Source: Lingula anatina (Eukaryota; Animalia; Brachiopoda). From it: a DNA stretch of 64,000 nucleotides. A program made the translations under genes and the position numbers. This document shows positions 50,825-64,000 of this stretch, one piece after another; within the stretch, counting starts at the first letter, position 1, and each line of letters opens with the position of its first letter. The notes under the pieces were generated by a model that made no database searches, was not told where the DNA came from, and was given only the letters and a program-made list of their open reading frames with translations. The stretch is from NCBI GenBank assembly GCA_051362555.1, contig CM120640.1:38914788-38978787 (forward strand), read 5' to 3'.

Positions 50825-51880
50825 AAATCAAACACACAAAACTAATAATTTTATGGTGTTCAATAAAAAAAAAAAAAATGGATGTTACTCTGGAGGAGTT
50901 AAAAGAGCTAACATCACATAGTTACATTTCATTTGGTCTATTCAGTAATGGGAAACATTAGTGCACATGGTGCTTGAAAACTGTATGATAGTACAATTTT
51001 ATATTGGTCTTACAGAAATTATATTTGATATTAAAGACCTCATGATTTTCTGTATTAGTCCCTTAGGTTTTGAAATGTGTGCTCTTTAAGTTTCATTTAT
51101 ATTTATATTTTAATATAAATGTTTTAAAAAAGGTTTAAAAAACATCACTGCACATTCCAGTACTGTATTTACCTAAATATTCGAGGAACATACATTTAAT
51201 GACAAGTATTAAAATGTGTAAGTGTACTGTGTATATATCATATTCTAAGTTGATGCATGTGTATCTGAAAGAATCTCACTAGCCATCCAAAGGTCCTTGT
51301 TAGTTTAATTGACTAATGTAAATTTTCTTTATGTATACTGAAAATTGTATAACATGTAATACATAAATTTTCTATATTCAATAAAAGTTGTTACTAAATC
51401 AGCATCCATTTTAAAGAGCTTCTCCAATTTTTATGTGAAAGTTGAATTTTTCACATTTATGTACCTTCGTGAAAATGTTGTTTCAAATGAGAAAAATGCA
51501 CCCTCTTACTGCTTTTATCTATCTTCAGCATTTTTTAATAATAAATCATTTTACTTATTTTATATAAGAACCAGCATGGTTACAAAAAAATAACACGTAC
51601 ATTCCATGATAGAGTTTTTTTACTTTTCTAGACAATTTTTTCTCTAAATATAGAGTACTTCTTGTAATGAGGGAGTGTTGTAGAAAGTGAAAAGTCCTGT
51701 ATATGTTAACATTGCACCAGTAAAGAGTTCAGTTATCATATGCCGCGTGTTCCATCTTTCTGTAGGCCAACAGACTTATTGCATAATATGGTAGTGAATA
51801 TTAAACAAACAAAATCATGTTTTCTGAGCACCAAGTAGATTTTATGGTTTCTGTGCTGATGCTTAGTAATCTGATGAAGT

Positions 51881-54800
51881 CTACTCTCCTTTCTTTCTCT
51901 TCTGGGCTATTTTCAGTGCCATGAGTTTCAGACTATCATCGTGATGGATCTCCAAGGCTTTAAGAATGTGCACCATAGCTTGATTGTGCCGGCCATTTTC
52001 ATAATATTGCCTGAAATTATAGATAACATAAGCTAATGTAATTATTTAAAATGAGTATTATTTTAGACTAGTAAATTGTTTTCAAACCATAAAAAATACT
52101 GCAGATGAAAACTTGACTGTTTTAGAAACTCTGCATTAATTTTCTCATTTGGTTGATGCAGTAGGAATCCTTACTAAAACTGCATACTGTCTCACTATAC
52201 AGATGAACATTTTGAAAGTAGTTCATATTTTACCATGAATTTTCAAACAAGGATTTCAAGATGATACCTTGCCAAATTCCTGGCATGTTCAAATTCCTGT
52301 ATTTTTTCAGCAGGCATTTCCTCTTCAGAATCCTCTATTTCATTTTCTTCATCAGAATCTTAAATGAGGAAAATAGTTTCAAACATTTATATTATGCACC
52401 TGAAATGATGACATTCCAGATTATTATGCATACCCTACAAATTTTCAAATCACAAAAACCTACCAAAAGTTAAAATGTGACAAAAATCTACATTCAATTA
52501 ATGTTTTATAATAACAGCAAAATAAGTTTCAACTCTGAGGTAGATATTTGAATCTCTTTTTGTTCTGGTACATATAAATTTAAAGTGAAACTGACCTTCT
52601 TCACTGCCTTCTTCCTCCTCTTCTACTGACTCTTCATCTTCTTCTAATTCTTCAGAATCATCATTTATGAAGTCATCCGTACTGCTGCCTTCCTCCTCTT
52701 CTTCCTCCTCCTGTGAACTGATAACATCATCCCCTTCTTCCTCCTGTGAGCTGTTTGCCTCTTGTGACTTTCCTTGCGAAATGTTGAGGCCCCCTTCTTT
52801 TCTGATTTTGGCACTCCTTCCAATTTTGTTTGAACTATTGCCATCCTCATCTTCTCCCTCAGAACTACTGATGATCACAGGCATTCCACTTGCCGGGGAT
52901 GATGGTGCAGTGTTATAACCCTCTTTCTCTTTCTGAAATTTTGTGAAATGAATGAAATTATATTAACACAATGTGCAAGAAAGATGAGATTAGATAGGTG
53001 AAAGTTGAAAAAACTGAAAATCCTAAAAGCATAGCTTGCAATTTCTAACTTGCAATTGCATTCAGACCATATGAAAAAAAAAAAAAAAAAAAAAAACATC
53101 AAAATGAAGACTGAAAATCCTGAAATTGGGCATAATTCTAAAAATTTTCACTTGAGACTGTTGATGGTTTCTTTGCAAATCGAACTTTGACTTAAACCAA
53201 GATTTATTACAGAACTGTCTGTTTATCACATACTTCTTGTTTTCTAATAATATTTGAAATAAGCACTGCAAACCATACTCACTGAAGCAGATATCTCTTC
53301 CTCATCTGATGAAGATGCAATTCTAGTACGCCTGGACTGCTTCTTAGCTGTGTGTACAGGACTGTCTTCCATATCTATTGTAGGCCCTACAACCGGGCTG
53401 TCATAGACTTGAACAGATCTGGCCCTGCCATGGGGACTATACTGTACTTTGACATCAGAAATATTATTGGAGTCACTTTTTGAAGTGGAAGCCTCTGACC
53501 GACCTTTGGCACTGGTGAAGCTGTCATCTACAACCATCTCTCCCCCATCATCATCATCACCATCATCCTCATCACTATCAGGGATACAGATTCTGTCCAC
53601 ACTGCCAGAAGCTGGATTAAGGTGTTTTACTTGTGGAGTGTTGCTGGCAGAGTCTAAAACAATGACACTGCTTTCTTCTAACCTTTTCTCCTTTCCAAAG
53701 GGCAAAGAGTCATGTGGTGTTTTCCGACCATTCCCTTGCTCAAAATCAGTGGAATCAGCTCTGATATCAGGTCCGTCTTCAGTCAAAGAGGCTGGATTGC
53801 TTTTATTCTTACATTCATTCTTGAGGAGTTCACTGAAGTTGGTGAAAGGTTCCTTGTCTACTCGCTGTGTTGTGATGATGGGTCTTGAGGCATCTGGAGA
53901 CACTATCATCTGTTCTTCAATAATAATAGGTTGTCTTTCTGGGCTGCTTGGAACTTCTTCTTTCTTCCCATTTTCCTGAAATTGTTGGAAAGTGATAAGA
54001 TCAAGAGATTTTTAAAATACTCCAATAACTGTACATGTCTAAAAGGATTTTATGACAATTTTTTTTTAATGAACAAGTAACAAAAATGGACATTTTTTAG
54101 CTTTAGGTGTTACTACATTTAGCCATTTCATTTTTCAATTTTATTTTCACAAAAGAAAAATCTAGTTTTCATTCTAAGTTATAACAACAATTTTGTTTCC
54201 TCTCAATATTCATAGCGGCACATCTACATTTATATATGTACACTACACAATTCACACATAATATCTACTTAGCAATATTTGTCATCTACCTGCTGATGTG
54301 CTTCATCCTCCATATCTACATCTTCTAGAGTAAGGTCTGCCAGAGTCTGGTTCAAGCCCTCATCAATCTCACTATCCTCTGATTCTGTATCAACAGCAGC
54401 CAGATCAATGAGAGGCCCAGAGCTGGTCGTGGGAGCTGAGAGAAAATTTGCACCAAATAAAAACCACAATACCATTAAAGGTGCATATCAATTATTTCAG
54501 TCACTTATTGTTGCCAAGAAAACAGCTACAGTGAAATTTCAAAACTCAAGTAACAAAACTCACAGAACTGAATAATTGCTATACCAGATGCAAATACCCA
54601 GAAATAGAAAAGCTACAAGTCTGAACTTCATTTTTGGCAAGCCAAAGTTTCTTTATAGTAGCAACAGGCATTACTGCATGTTTTTAATTTTTTTCAACAC
54701 TTTTAAAATCGATTATAAATAAATAAATAAATAAATATAATTGATTTCTGAAATTCTTAACCCACCTGGAGGTCTGCTGGGCATGGAACGTTTAGTATCA

Positions 54801-57800
54801 TCCCTACTTGGTGCCACTATGGGAGGCTGCTGCAGACTGTCATGTACAAGATAATTGGGAGGGTATTTGGACATTGTCTCCTGCATTTGTGTGTTCATCT
54901 GTGACTCCATGTTGATTGTTTCAAGAGCTTTCTGGGCCTTACAAAGACAAACACAGTACATTCATTAATCTAAGAACTCGGCGGGGAAAGAGGTGGGGGG
55001 ATTATTTTTCACAGACCTTGGGTGACTAATGTAATTTCTTCTGAATACTTACTGAATGATGGAATGTGAAGAAATAAAATGTTGCTCATTGTTCTTTCAT
55101 TTTAACACAAACATCATTTCATTTAAATGAAAAAAAATTACTACTAACTATAACATTATACACTGTTCTACAATAAATGTAATACTAATCTCTCACGTGG
55201 CATCTTTATAAATGCCCAAAGGTATTGATATTTTTTCAATGTGCCTCACCCTGCTTTGTATATAATCTGTACCACCCTCGTCATCTTCCTCCTCATCATG
55301 AGCTGCTTCATGAGAGAACATGCGGTCATGGTCAGTTAGGCCATACATGGCTGAAATCATATGAAATACAGCCAAACTATAAGAAACCTTTTCAGGGTAA
55401 AGTATGAAATGTATTTGGTCAAACTAAAAATCATACTGTGTCTCTGTGTAATTTGTGTAATTTATAAAAATCCACTCAAAGTTTACAATTTTTATATTTC
55501 TTTCTACATATCTGAACAATGTTATTTTTTGTCAAATTATTGACTGGATACTAAACATGAATACCCCATTCAAAAACTACTACCACTACCACATGGCTCT
55601 GGTAGCTGCACACAATAAGACATTCTATTTACCCACCCAGTGTATGTAGAAAAGCGACATGAGCATCCAGGTTATTGTCACTGATCCTGCTGCTGCTGTG
55701 CATGTCCTGTAACTGCTGCTGTGTCACAGACATAGTGGGATCATCCAGGATGAACAGTTCTTTCAGCTCTTGCTGGCTGAAGTATCTAAACAAGAAAGAT
55801 TGATAATTGTGTGGAACTTAAAATGTTATGTCAGCCATATATATTGTTTGACAAACACATATGCCTGTCTGTGTAATTATTAACATCTTAAATGCCAAGC
55901 ACCAATATGTTTCTAAATCTCTACAACATATAGGTCTACTTTACCTAGCTTCGGTTTTAAGACGGAAAATATAGATCTTGAAGAAAACAGCTTATAATAA
56001 TAATAACAACAACAATACTAGTACACACACGTTTAGCACCCATGCACAAATACCTGTACGGGTTTTTGGATGTCCCAGTGGTCTGTCTTGTAATGGACTC
56101 CTTGAACACCTGTCTCCTGTAGATCTTCTCCTCTATGCTGCCACATGTTATCAGCCTGTAGACCACCACATTCTTGTCCTGGCCTATCCTGAACACTCTG
56201 TCCACTGCCTGGGCATCTGTAGCAGGGTTCCAGCTGGGATCAACTACAAAGTGGAAGAGAGAGTTATGTTTCTGCAAATACATTGTTACAGAGCAGGATG
56301 AATCTTATTTAATTTTTCTGCTTTGTAAAGATATGTTTATTGACTCTTACTGTTTGTGGACGGAAGAAAACGGTTAACTGGTAATATTTTAGCAAATTAT
56401 GTTGTACATTCAGGTTATTTTGCCTGCTTTATTAAATGCTTTGTTCATTACTGAGTACTTGTTTGCTCTTGCTGTTTAAAAGGGCATATTAAGAAGCATA
56501 CTGCAAAGTAATTATAAAATTCTGGAAAATGTGTACTCAAAATACTATGAAAACTACAAAGGAGTATATTCCTGAAGATATGAAATAAAAAACATTAAGC
56601 TACTTTACAATTCAACAAACTGTATTTAGAACGGAGTATCAAAAATAAAAGAAAAAGATGAGGATTGCTGCTTTTAAGATGAATAGCAAAATACAATTGG
56701 GCATTATAATCTTGAATTTTTAATTCATGTTGAAAAAATCCATTTAAAGAACAAAAATAAAGATTAATTCACTTACATATAACAACTCTGTCAGCTGCAG
56801 TCAGAGTCAAACCAACACCTCCAACCTGAAAATTCAGTTGTTTTAACATATGCTAAAAGAATATAAAACTCATTATTTATGTGCTATATCAGAAGAAACC
56901 TTTCTAATCATTGTAATATTCATGTGGTCTTCAATCATTTAGGTAAAACTAAGCTATTGTGAGAAGTATGTAACATTTATGCATACGAGATTTACCTGAG
57001 TGGTCAACAAGAACACAGAATAGCTGCTATCTGACTCAAATTTCTTTATGATCCTCTCTCTGTCATCTAGCTGTGTAACTGTGCCATCCATACGAGCTAC
57101 TTTGTGGCCCTGTAATTACAAAAAGCTGTTAAGTACCATAGCATGCAAATAGACCTGTACACTAAATAATAAACAAAATGATGAAATATTAATGATTTGA
57201 TAAAACATGGGATATGAACAACTGTGTTCATACAATACTCTACCTACCCTGTTAGTAATAACTTTCTGTATGATATCCAACATCTTTCTTGACTGTGAGA
57301 ATACCAGGCAGCGATGGCCCTCTTGTTTCAAGTTGTCAAGCAGGTCCACCAAGAAGAGCATCTTCCCAGACTCGTTAATCAGGATATCATCAGTGATATT
57401 GTGTATTCTATTGGCAGCAGACTCTTGGGAAGCTGGATGGTTTAAGTACTCTGCTTCAAAGCTGAAAAGAAAGTAGAAAAATATCAGAGCTATTCAGAGT
57501 ACATAAAGAACCATGTAAACACCATGACCCCTAACATTATTATCTACAGTGGTGATGAATAGGCTGCAGACAAGATTTAATGTTGTGATATAACAAAACA
57601 TTATCAGATTGTATCATTTATATCATTTAAAGGTGAAATAGAGATTTTCAAGATGAGAAAATATCTATTACTTACTCCTGCCCATCCAAACCTAGTTGCA
57701 TACAAGCAGCACTTGACAACAGTCTTGGGTGATCACAAATCTTTTTCAGGACAATAAGTGCAGTCAGGGGAGACCTCGTGGTCACCATCAGTAACTTATG

Positions 57801-60800
57801 AATGAAGAAAGGGAACTTGTCACTTTAGAGGCATGATTCAAAAATAAATTCTAATCTGTCAAATGGTGTTTGATACATAACTTAATTATGGCACTAAGCG
57901 GTCACATTTTTATGTACTTTACAAAGCTTTTTTAAGCAATTTACATCGAGTTCTTCTTGTTCATGAATGTACGTGAGACTATACCAATGCACACAAAATA
58001 TAGTATAGTAAAATTTTGGTGTTCATAGGGAGTTGCACTTAAATTCAAGTACCTCCTTAACTTCATCAGAAGAACTGAAGTCCTGGTAGATCTTCTTCTG
58101 AATTTCAGACAAATACACCCAGATCACAAAGTCATTCTTTCTGGTTAGAGAGGGCATTCTGCAATTGAAATACTCATGTTACATAACTTATGTCCTGACA
58201 ATTCAGGCTAAACCAACAAAAACCATATGTTCAAAATACATGTACACGTCTGGACAACATTTTTGCCAACTTTTAAATCATACACAAAATCAATGTTCTT
58301 TGTTATGGAACCCAAGTGTTACATACAAAGGTGTAGCTGATCTTTCACTGGATCCTTCTTGTGTATTCTCTTTGTCTTCATTCATGGCTTGGACTTCAGC
58401 TTTAGTTCTACGTAAGAAGTAAGGTGCTATGATCTTTCTGAGGGTTTCTGCCATCTCAGCGCCGAGGCGTTTCTCACCCATTGTGGCATCTTTTGCCCTT
58501 GACTAAAATGGGGAATGTTTATCAACTTGGCACATATTTCATAAAATAATAATTCTAAACACAAATAGGCTTTCGTGATGATCTTGTAATTGTATAATAA
58601 TTATTTGGCTTTCACTTTAAGATTTTGATAATTTTGTTCAGTGTTAACTATTTAGCAAAAAAATGAAATAGGTGATAATATAAAAGTTCTTTGAAAAGTC
58701 AAGGAATACTTTTTCTGGAACCTGCACCATCTCACACACAACAAATTGCACAAATTCATTCTTTTCTTTGTTCCACAAATGAATTATTCTCCCTAAACTG
58801 CTGAAAATCTTACCCTAGTTATTGGATTATCAAACTCCATCTTAAATGTCCTTGCAGTCCCAAGTAATGCCCCTTGCTGAACATAGTCAAACAAAGCCCA
58901 CATCTCCTAAAATAACATATTCTCATGTAACAAAAAAATTCACGCCCTACTTAATGACCAGAACTTTTACAAAATTGTTTTACAAACATGCATAAAAATT
59001 ATCTATGAACCATCATTCTTTAATTGTAATAATACAACAGACTCACATTTTTTAAGTTAATTTTTAAAACATTAGCTTTTTTTTATTTCTTTATTTATTG
59101 CCATTACTCATTATAATTATTATTGTTGTTATCATTTTGCAGACATTTTAATTTTCAAGCACTTTGCCTACTCAAATGACAAAACTTACACCTAGATTAT
59201 TCTGAATAGGTGTTCCTGTCAGAATAATTCTGTTACTGCAGGGAATTGCACGTACACCTTTGGATGTCTTGGTGGGGTTCTTAATCTTGTGGCCCTCATC
59301 AAGGATCACATAGTCCTGTTAAAAAGATTTTTAAAAAAGACTTCACAAACTAAAATGACTAAAATATCTCAAAGCTCTAGGTGTATATTTAACCTTCTCA
59401 CCAATGATAGATAAGTGACAAAGATTATATAACACAACTGCTCATTTAAAACAAGAAGTGTTGTACCTTTGGCAATTTCTGTAATACCCCAGTTTATTTT
59501 TACATCCTCATACCTGGGGATTTTCCTCAAGTTTTGATGAATTATCGACAAAAGGTTGCAGCTAAGCAGATATTACTATGGGTCTTCTGATTATGCAGGC
59601 AAGCAAAAATACTTTCCCATGATAAATTCTACAAAGAACATGCATATTTGCCTCAGGTTATCAGATATCATACCCATTTAAATTCTCTGTCATCCCTCTG
59701 GCTCAGTACTTGCCAGCTGGACACCACCATGCCGTAGGAGGTGAGGCAAACACCACCCCGGCGCTGCACCTTCCCCAGAGCTCTCTCTCGCTCCCTCTTA
59801 CTGCTCCCATGGAATGCAGATACTCGTATACCTGGAGCCCTGAGGCAAATAAACATAATATATTTCACCAAGATAAAAAAATTACCTTTATTACACAATT
59901 TTAATTTAAAACAAACTTTAAGCATTTTGTAGTCATTGGACTATTTGTAAACTATATCTCTACAAGTCTGCAAATAAACAAGTCAAGATACAAAGGACTG
60001 GAAGCATTGTTTCTATATAGTAATTGTCAGAAAGAGGACTTAATTACAATATTGTATGTAAAAAAATGAGTAAAAATTAGTTCATGCACATGTGATTATT
60101 CATTATTGACAAAAGTAATTGTTAGCACATCTTTTCCATTAGCTATATTTCTTCAACTGAGATTAGATGTATCATTTATGCCAAAATCAAGCTATTTTAA
60201 AGACTGATGGGCATTATGAATGCAAGTTTTGTAATAAAAACGGTTAAAGGGCAACTCCTTGGGATTAACCCGCCAAAATGGATTTTCTCAGAGAAATAAG
60301 CAATTTTGTAGTACTCAAGAATTATTTATCTATCCCTCTCCTCACTTAATTAAATCCATAAAGGTTGATTTAATTTAAAATGACTGGCCAGTCATTATAA
60401 CCAGTGACCATCTTCCTAAGCTCCGAGTGAAATATTAACATAAGGTACGCTCTAGAAAAAGTTATTTAAGGGGTTAAATCGTTTTGAAGGTGTATGTAAG
60501 GTTTTATAAGAAGCTGTGGATGGCAAAAATAAGCATTTGGAGTACTTTCAAACCCATGGAGTACATACCTTTAAACAATGACATTTGATATTATGCATGG
60601 AGCAAGGGATGGCAATCAGTTACTTAGACAATTGTAAACTGTGTGGATAAAGCATTGGAATAAGTGAAATGTAGAATTAAGCACAGTAATGAAGATAAGT
60701 TTAAATGTAACCAATCTCAAAGCAACTTCCATTTAGTCTTTCAAAAGAATAATTTTCCGTTTTAGATAGCCTGTACTTCAAGTCAACTTTTTTACAGCAT

Positions 60801-61144
60801 CATCTGATACATCCGTACTATGGATAATCATCTTTGACATTGTTACATTAAGTGAATGCTAAATTTTAGTCAATGCTAAAAATGTTGTTCCTTTTCTCTT
60901 TTGGCTTAGGAGAATTTTTTTCCCAATTAATCATTAATTTCATTTAGTCCAAAATTTTGATTTAGCTCAAATTATCCAGTCATTTAGCAGTTATCCTAGT
61001 GACCCCCAATGACCTTACCACTTCTCAAATTCTTTCTCCCAGTTCAGGATCAGTGACACAGGCATTACAATGAGGACAGCATGGACATGCTCAGAATCAA
61101 ACATACCAGACAGGAAAGAGATGACCTGGATCGTTTTACCCAAC
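51881..61144 (-). CDS. ERCC6L: DNA excision repair protein ERCC-6-like (PICH, SNF2 translocase); 5' end lies beyond the window
   Basis: [168 protein letters not shown]. Long acidic linker and TPR-like C-terminus; stop at 51881. The APGIRV, DAQAVDR and NPYRYF motifs favour ERCC6L over ERCC6/CSB. Confidence 0.93.
60248..60570. mobile_element. Non-autonomous TTAA-flanked DNA transposon (Kolobok-like)
   Basis: TTAA at 60244-60247 and 60571-60574 flanks imperfect TIRs AGGGCAACTCCTTGGG and AGGTATGTACTCCATGGG (reverse complement). Confidence 0.6.
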
Positions 61145-61989
61145 CTGGAAATTACAAAGCACTTTACACCCTCAGAAATTTTAAATAGTACCAATGACAA
61201 AGACAGGGAAAATATAAGAAAAATTGTACACAGAGCTTTTATTGAGAATGAGAACACGTCATACATGGGAATAATGCAAAATATATAAGAAAAGCTATGA
61301 ACTTTACCTAGTCAACGAAAAAATTCAATTACATGATGAAATTAAGTAAAAATTGCTACTTATATAACACAGTACACTGCAATAAAAATAATTCAGACTT
61401 GTTACCACAGGTCCAATTCAGCCGTTTATTTTATTTATATTTTTCTACCAGGTGATTGTCCTGTCAAAGCTCTGCTGTAAATGGTTATTCAAGTAGGCCG
61501 GGACGCGTGCAATTTGCTTAAAAACATCACAAAATTGCACACATCAAGACCTGCTCAAGTATACAGGACAGTGTGGCAAATGGCACTTTTTATCATCATG
61601 ATTCCGGTCTTGAACATTCTGCAGATTGAGGCATGCTAATGCCGGCCGGGAGATGTGCAATTTGAATTTTAAAAAACAATGTTGCACATCACACGGACGC
61701 CACTGACATGTAAGTGAACTACCCTGCCTGTTGGAACTGAATAAACATTCAGATTCTTGAGGAGAATATCATTTATCAGCCTGTGACATGTAAATCATAT
61801 TAGTCTATACATTTTGATAAATATACATTCTTAGATGCAGCATTCCATAAAATCTTATATTTGTTTACAAAAGTTATAAAAACATGAAAAAGAACACAAC
61901 AAGACGGCTAAAATATTTAACATCTTTGTAAAACTATCTGTTACAGCATGCAGCAGCTGTTAAGAACCTGGAATTTTACATCTCTTTTA

Positions 61990-63682
61990 CAGGGTTCTGC
62001 CAAGGTCTCAAAAAAGGGGGGAGAATTCTCCCCTCTGAGCATAAAAGTTGGGGAGATTTTGAGAAATAGTGGGAGATCAGGAAAAATGATATTTTACGTA
62101 AAAACATACACTGCTAGTCTGGTATTTTATTAAAGTTCACAAACTGAACTGATTCAACTTTGAAAGTAACTTTACATAGGCAGTATGTATATACAGTTGC
62201 AAATGATTTTTTTATAAAGCATCTGCCTCATTATCATAGCAGAGCCAAGAATAATCTCTTAACCAATCGTGTTGAAATTTCTGTGGCACTACTTTCGGTT
62301 TCTTTCTTTCAGGCCCTTTGATGGTATTTGGTCTGCAGACCTAAAATTAAAGAAAAGTTAAAATTTTTCCTACTTACAAACTTGTAATTTCTGGAACCAG
62401 ACACCACAATCCAAAAGAATTTTTAGGTTTTGATGATTAATCATGACTTAATTAACACTTTTATCAGGAAAAATTGCATAATAGTGTTTGGGAAGGACAT
62501 TTTTATCTTTGATTTATCAGTTTCACAATATTGACTACTTTTTAAAATAAAGGCTAAAGTAAAAAATATAGGTCACACATTTGATTGAGTGCATTCTATG
62601 AAAATATCCTTGATTAGGAGGCCCTAACTTTTTTTTTTCAAATTACTAATTAGTATCCTCACACACATATACAGAGGAATAAACATATCAGAAACAGGCC
62701 TCCTTACTTCTTCATTAAAGTTAAACATTTCCTTTTTTTCAAATTTTTATTCTCACACACACACACACACACATATATACACTATAGAGTGATAGGAATA
62801 AACATATCAAAAACGGGCCTCCTTACTTTTTAAACTTCTTTTTCATATTATCATACTCACATATAGAGGAATAAACGTATCAAAAACGGGCCTATTACCT
62901 TTTTTTTTACTTTCTTTCACATTTTCAAACGAAGTGTCAAGTGTCCTTCCAAAACGTAAAATAAAAATGCCACGGAATGAACATACCTTTATCGTCAACG
63001 AACTGTCATTTTCATCTGGAGTCGCAACTTCAGAAATTTGTTTCTTCCTTTTCTCAGACTTGTCAGGCGGAGAGACGGATTCATCTGAGGGGGGATTAAC
63101 AGGAGTCTGACCTGATTTTTCACCGCTTGCCGTAGACTTTGGCATAAAGCTTAAAATCGATCTTTGTTTTTTAACTTTCGTTTCGGCGAGGAAGCCGCCA
63201 TTTTAACCACGCTTCATCAGGCTGAATATCACTGTCACGCCGTCTATCATTTGGTTGACTATCTCGCGAAATGAGAGAACCGCTCAATCGCTCAACTAAC
63301 TTTAGTGCAGCGGAGTCACACGAGGATTGCCGATTGGACTGTAGTCATGAAGAGGTACTATTGATATTACGACAACAAATGACGACGCTGCTTGAAACGA
63401 TCTCTTACGAGGGTACATCGGAAACACACACATGACGACGTTAGCTACACTGTGTTAACAAGTCAATGCAGCGGACGATGCGAAGAAATTTATACCGGTG
63501 ATGATTATTTAGATAAACAATTTTAGACGCCACTCTCAATGTGTCTTTTATCATCTCAAGAACAATGATAGCACCCTCACTCGGTTTGTATGCGAGAATT
63601 TTCGCATCTTTGGTAATTTTTGTGCGAGAATTTTATTTTTTTGGCGAGAATCTCGCAGAATCGCGGCCTCGGCAGAACCCTG
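61990..63682 (-). mobile_element. Internally deleted hAT-like DNA transposon (1693 bp) with 6-bp TSD and a spliced transposase remnant
   Basis: TIRs CAGGGTTCTGCC(A/G)AGG, flanked by CTTTTA on both sides, with GAGAAT/GAGAT subterminal repeats. Minus-strand exon 63201-62987 splices (GT..AG, phase 0) to exon 62340-62212, giving ..KFQHDWLRDYSWLCYDNEADAL*, the start of a TTF-type zinc finger. Confidence 0.85.
62655..62905. repeat. Three imperfect tandem copies (about 100 bp) inside the transposon intron, with a (CA)n tract
   Basis: CTCACA..GGAATAAAC(A/G)TATCA(G/A)AAAC(A/G)GGCCT starts at about 62658, 62752 and 62857. Confidence 0.8.
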
Positions 63683-64000
63683 CTTTTAGCTTGATCATAC
63701 ATATTCCCTGATATCACATGGTGCTCCTAAGTCAATTGAAAGGTAGCCACACAAATGATACCAGGGGACAGGCAAGATATCCTTTAGAAGACAGACATGA
63801 TAACCGTCAGACTAAAACTGGATGAAGATCCCCCGCTATTGATGCCTGATGCACATACTATGTGCTGTACATTAACCAGCCTGTTTACTGCATAAACAAG
63901 GCTGATTAAAATATACAGGACATAGGAAGTACAATTTCTTCTTCTTGTGTCTTCAAGGAACCTGTTCCACATGATGAAGTAGTTTTGAAATTACAGTGAC

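Noticed and set aside
53449-53979. Ser-rich + strand ORFs (also 52667-52918 and 4246-4491)
   Set aside because: Antisense shadows of acidic exons of ERCC6L and SF3A3.

Overview
AT-rich, intron-dense animal genomic DNA. The transposon repertoire and gene style suggest a mollusc, probably a bivalve, but this is inference. Most long ORFs in the track are single exons or antisense shadows, so genes were rebuilt by hand from GT-AG splice sites. From left to right: the 3' end of an unidentified + strand gene (266-1851); SF3A3 (minus) with tRNA-Val(TAC) in intron 1; an RTE LINE tail interrupted by a MITE; two intact tandem Dispatched-like RND/sterol-sensing-domain genes (11314-17077, about 1177 aa; 29116-35277, about 1146 aa); a YIL108W-like HExxH zinc metallopeptidase (minus); ESS2/DGCR14 (minus); a small single-pass, very Cys-rich membrane protein gene (+) that the ORF track largely misses; and the 3' part of ERCC6L/PICH (minus), whose upstream intron holds a deleted hAT transposon. 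The two Dispatched-like genes are separated by about 12 kb, much of it tandem duplications that multiply a promoter/first-exon-like cassette. The most interesting items are the Cys-rich membrane protein with two paralogous alternative last exons, the first-exon-like cassette array upstream of Dispatched-like copy 2 (with a relic third 5' end), and the patchwork identity between the two paralogs. No CRISPR, rRNA or prokaryotic system is visible.
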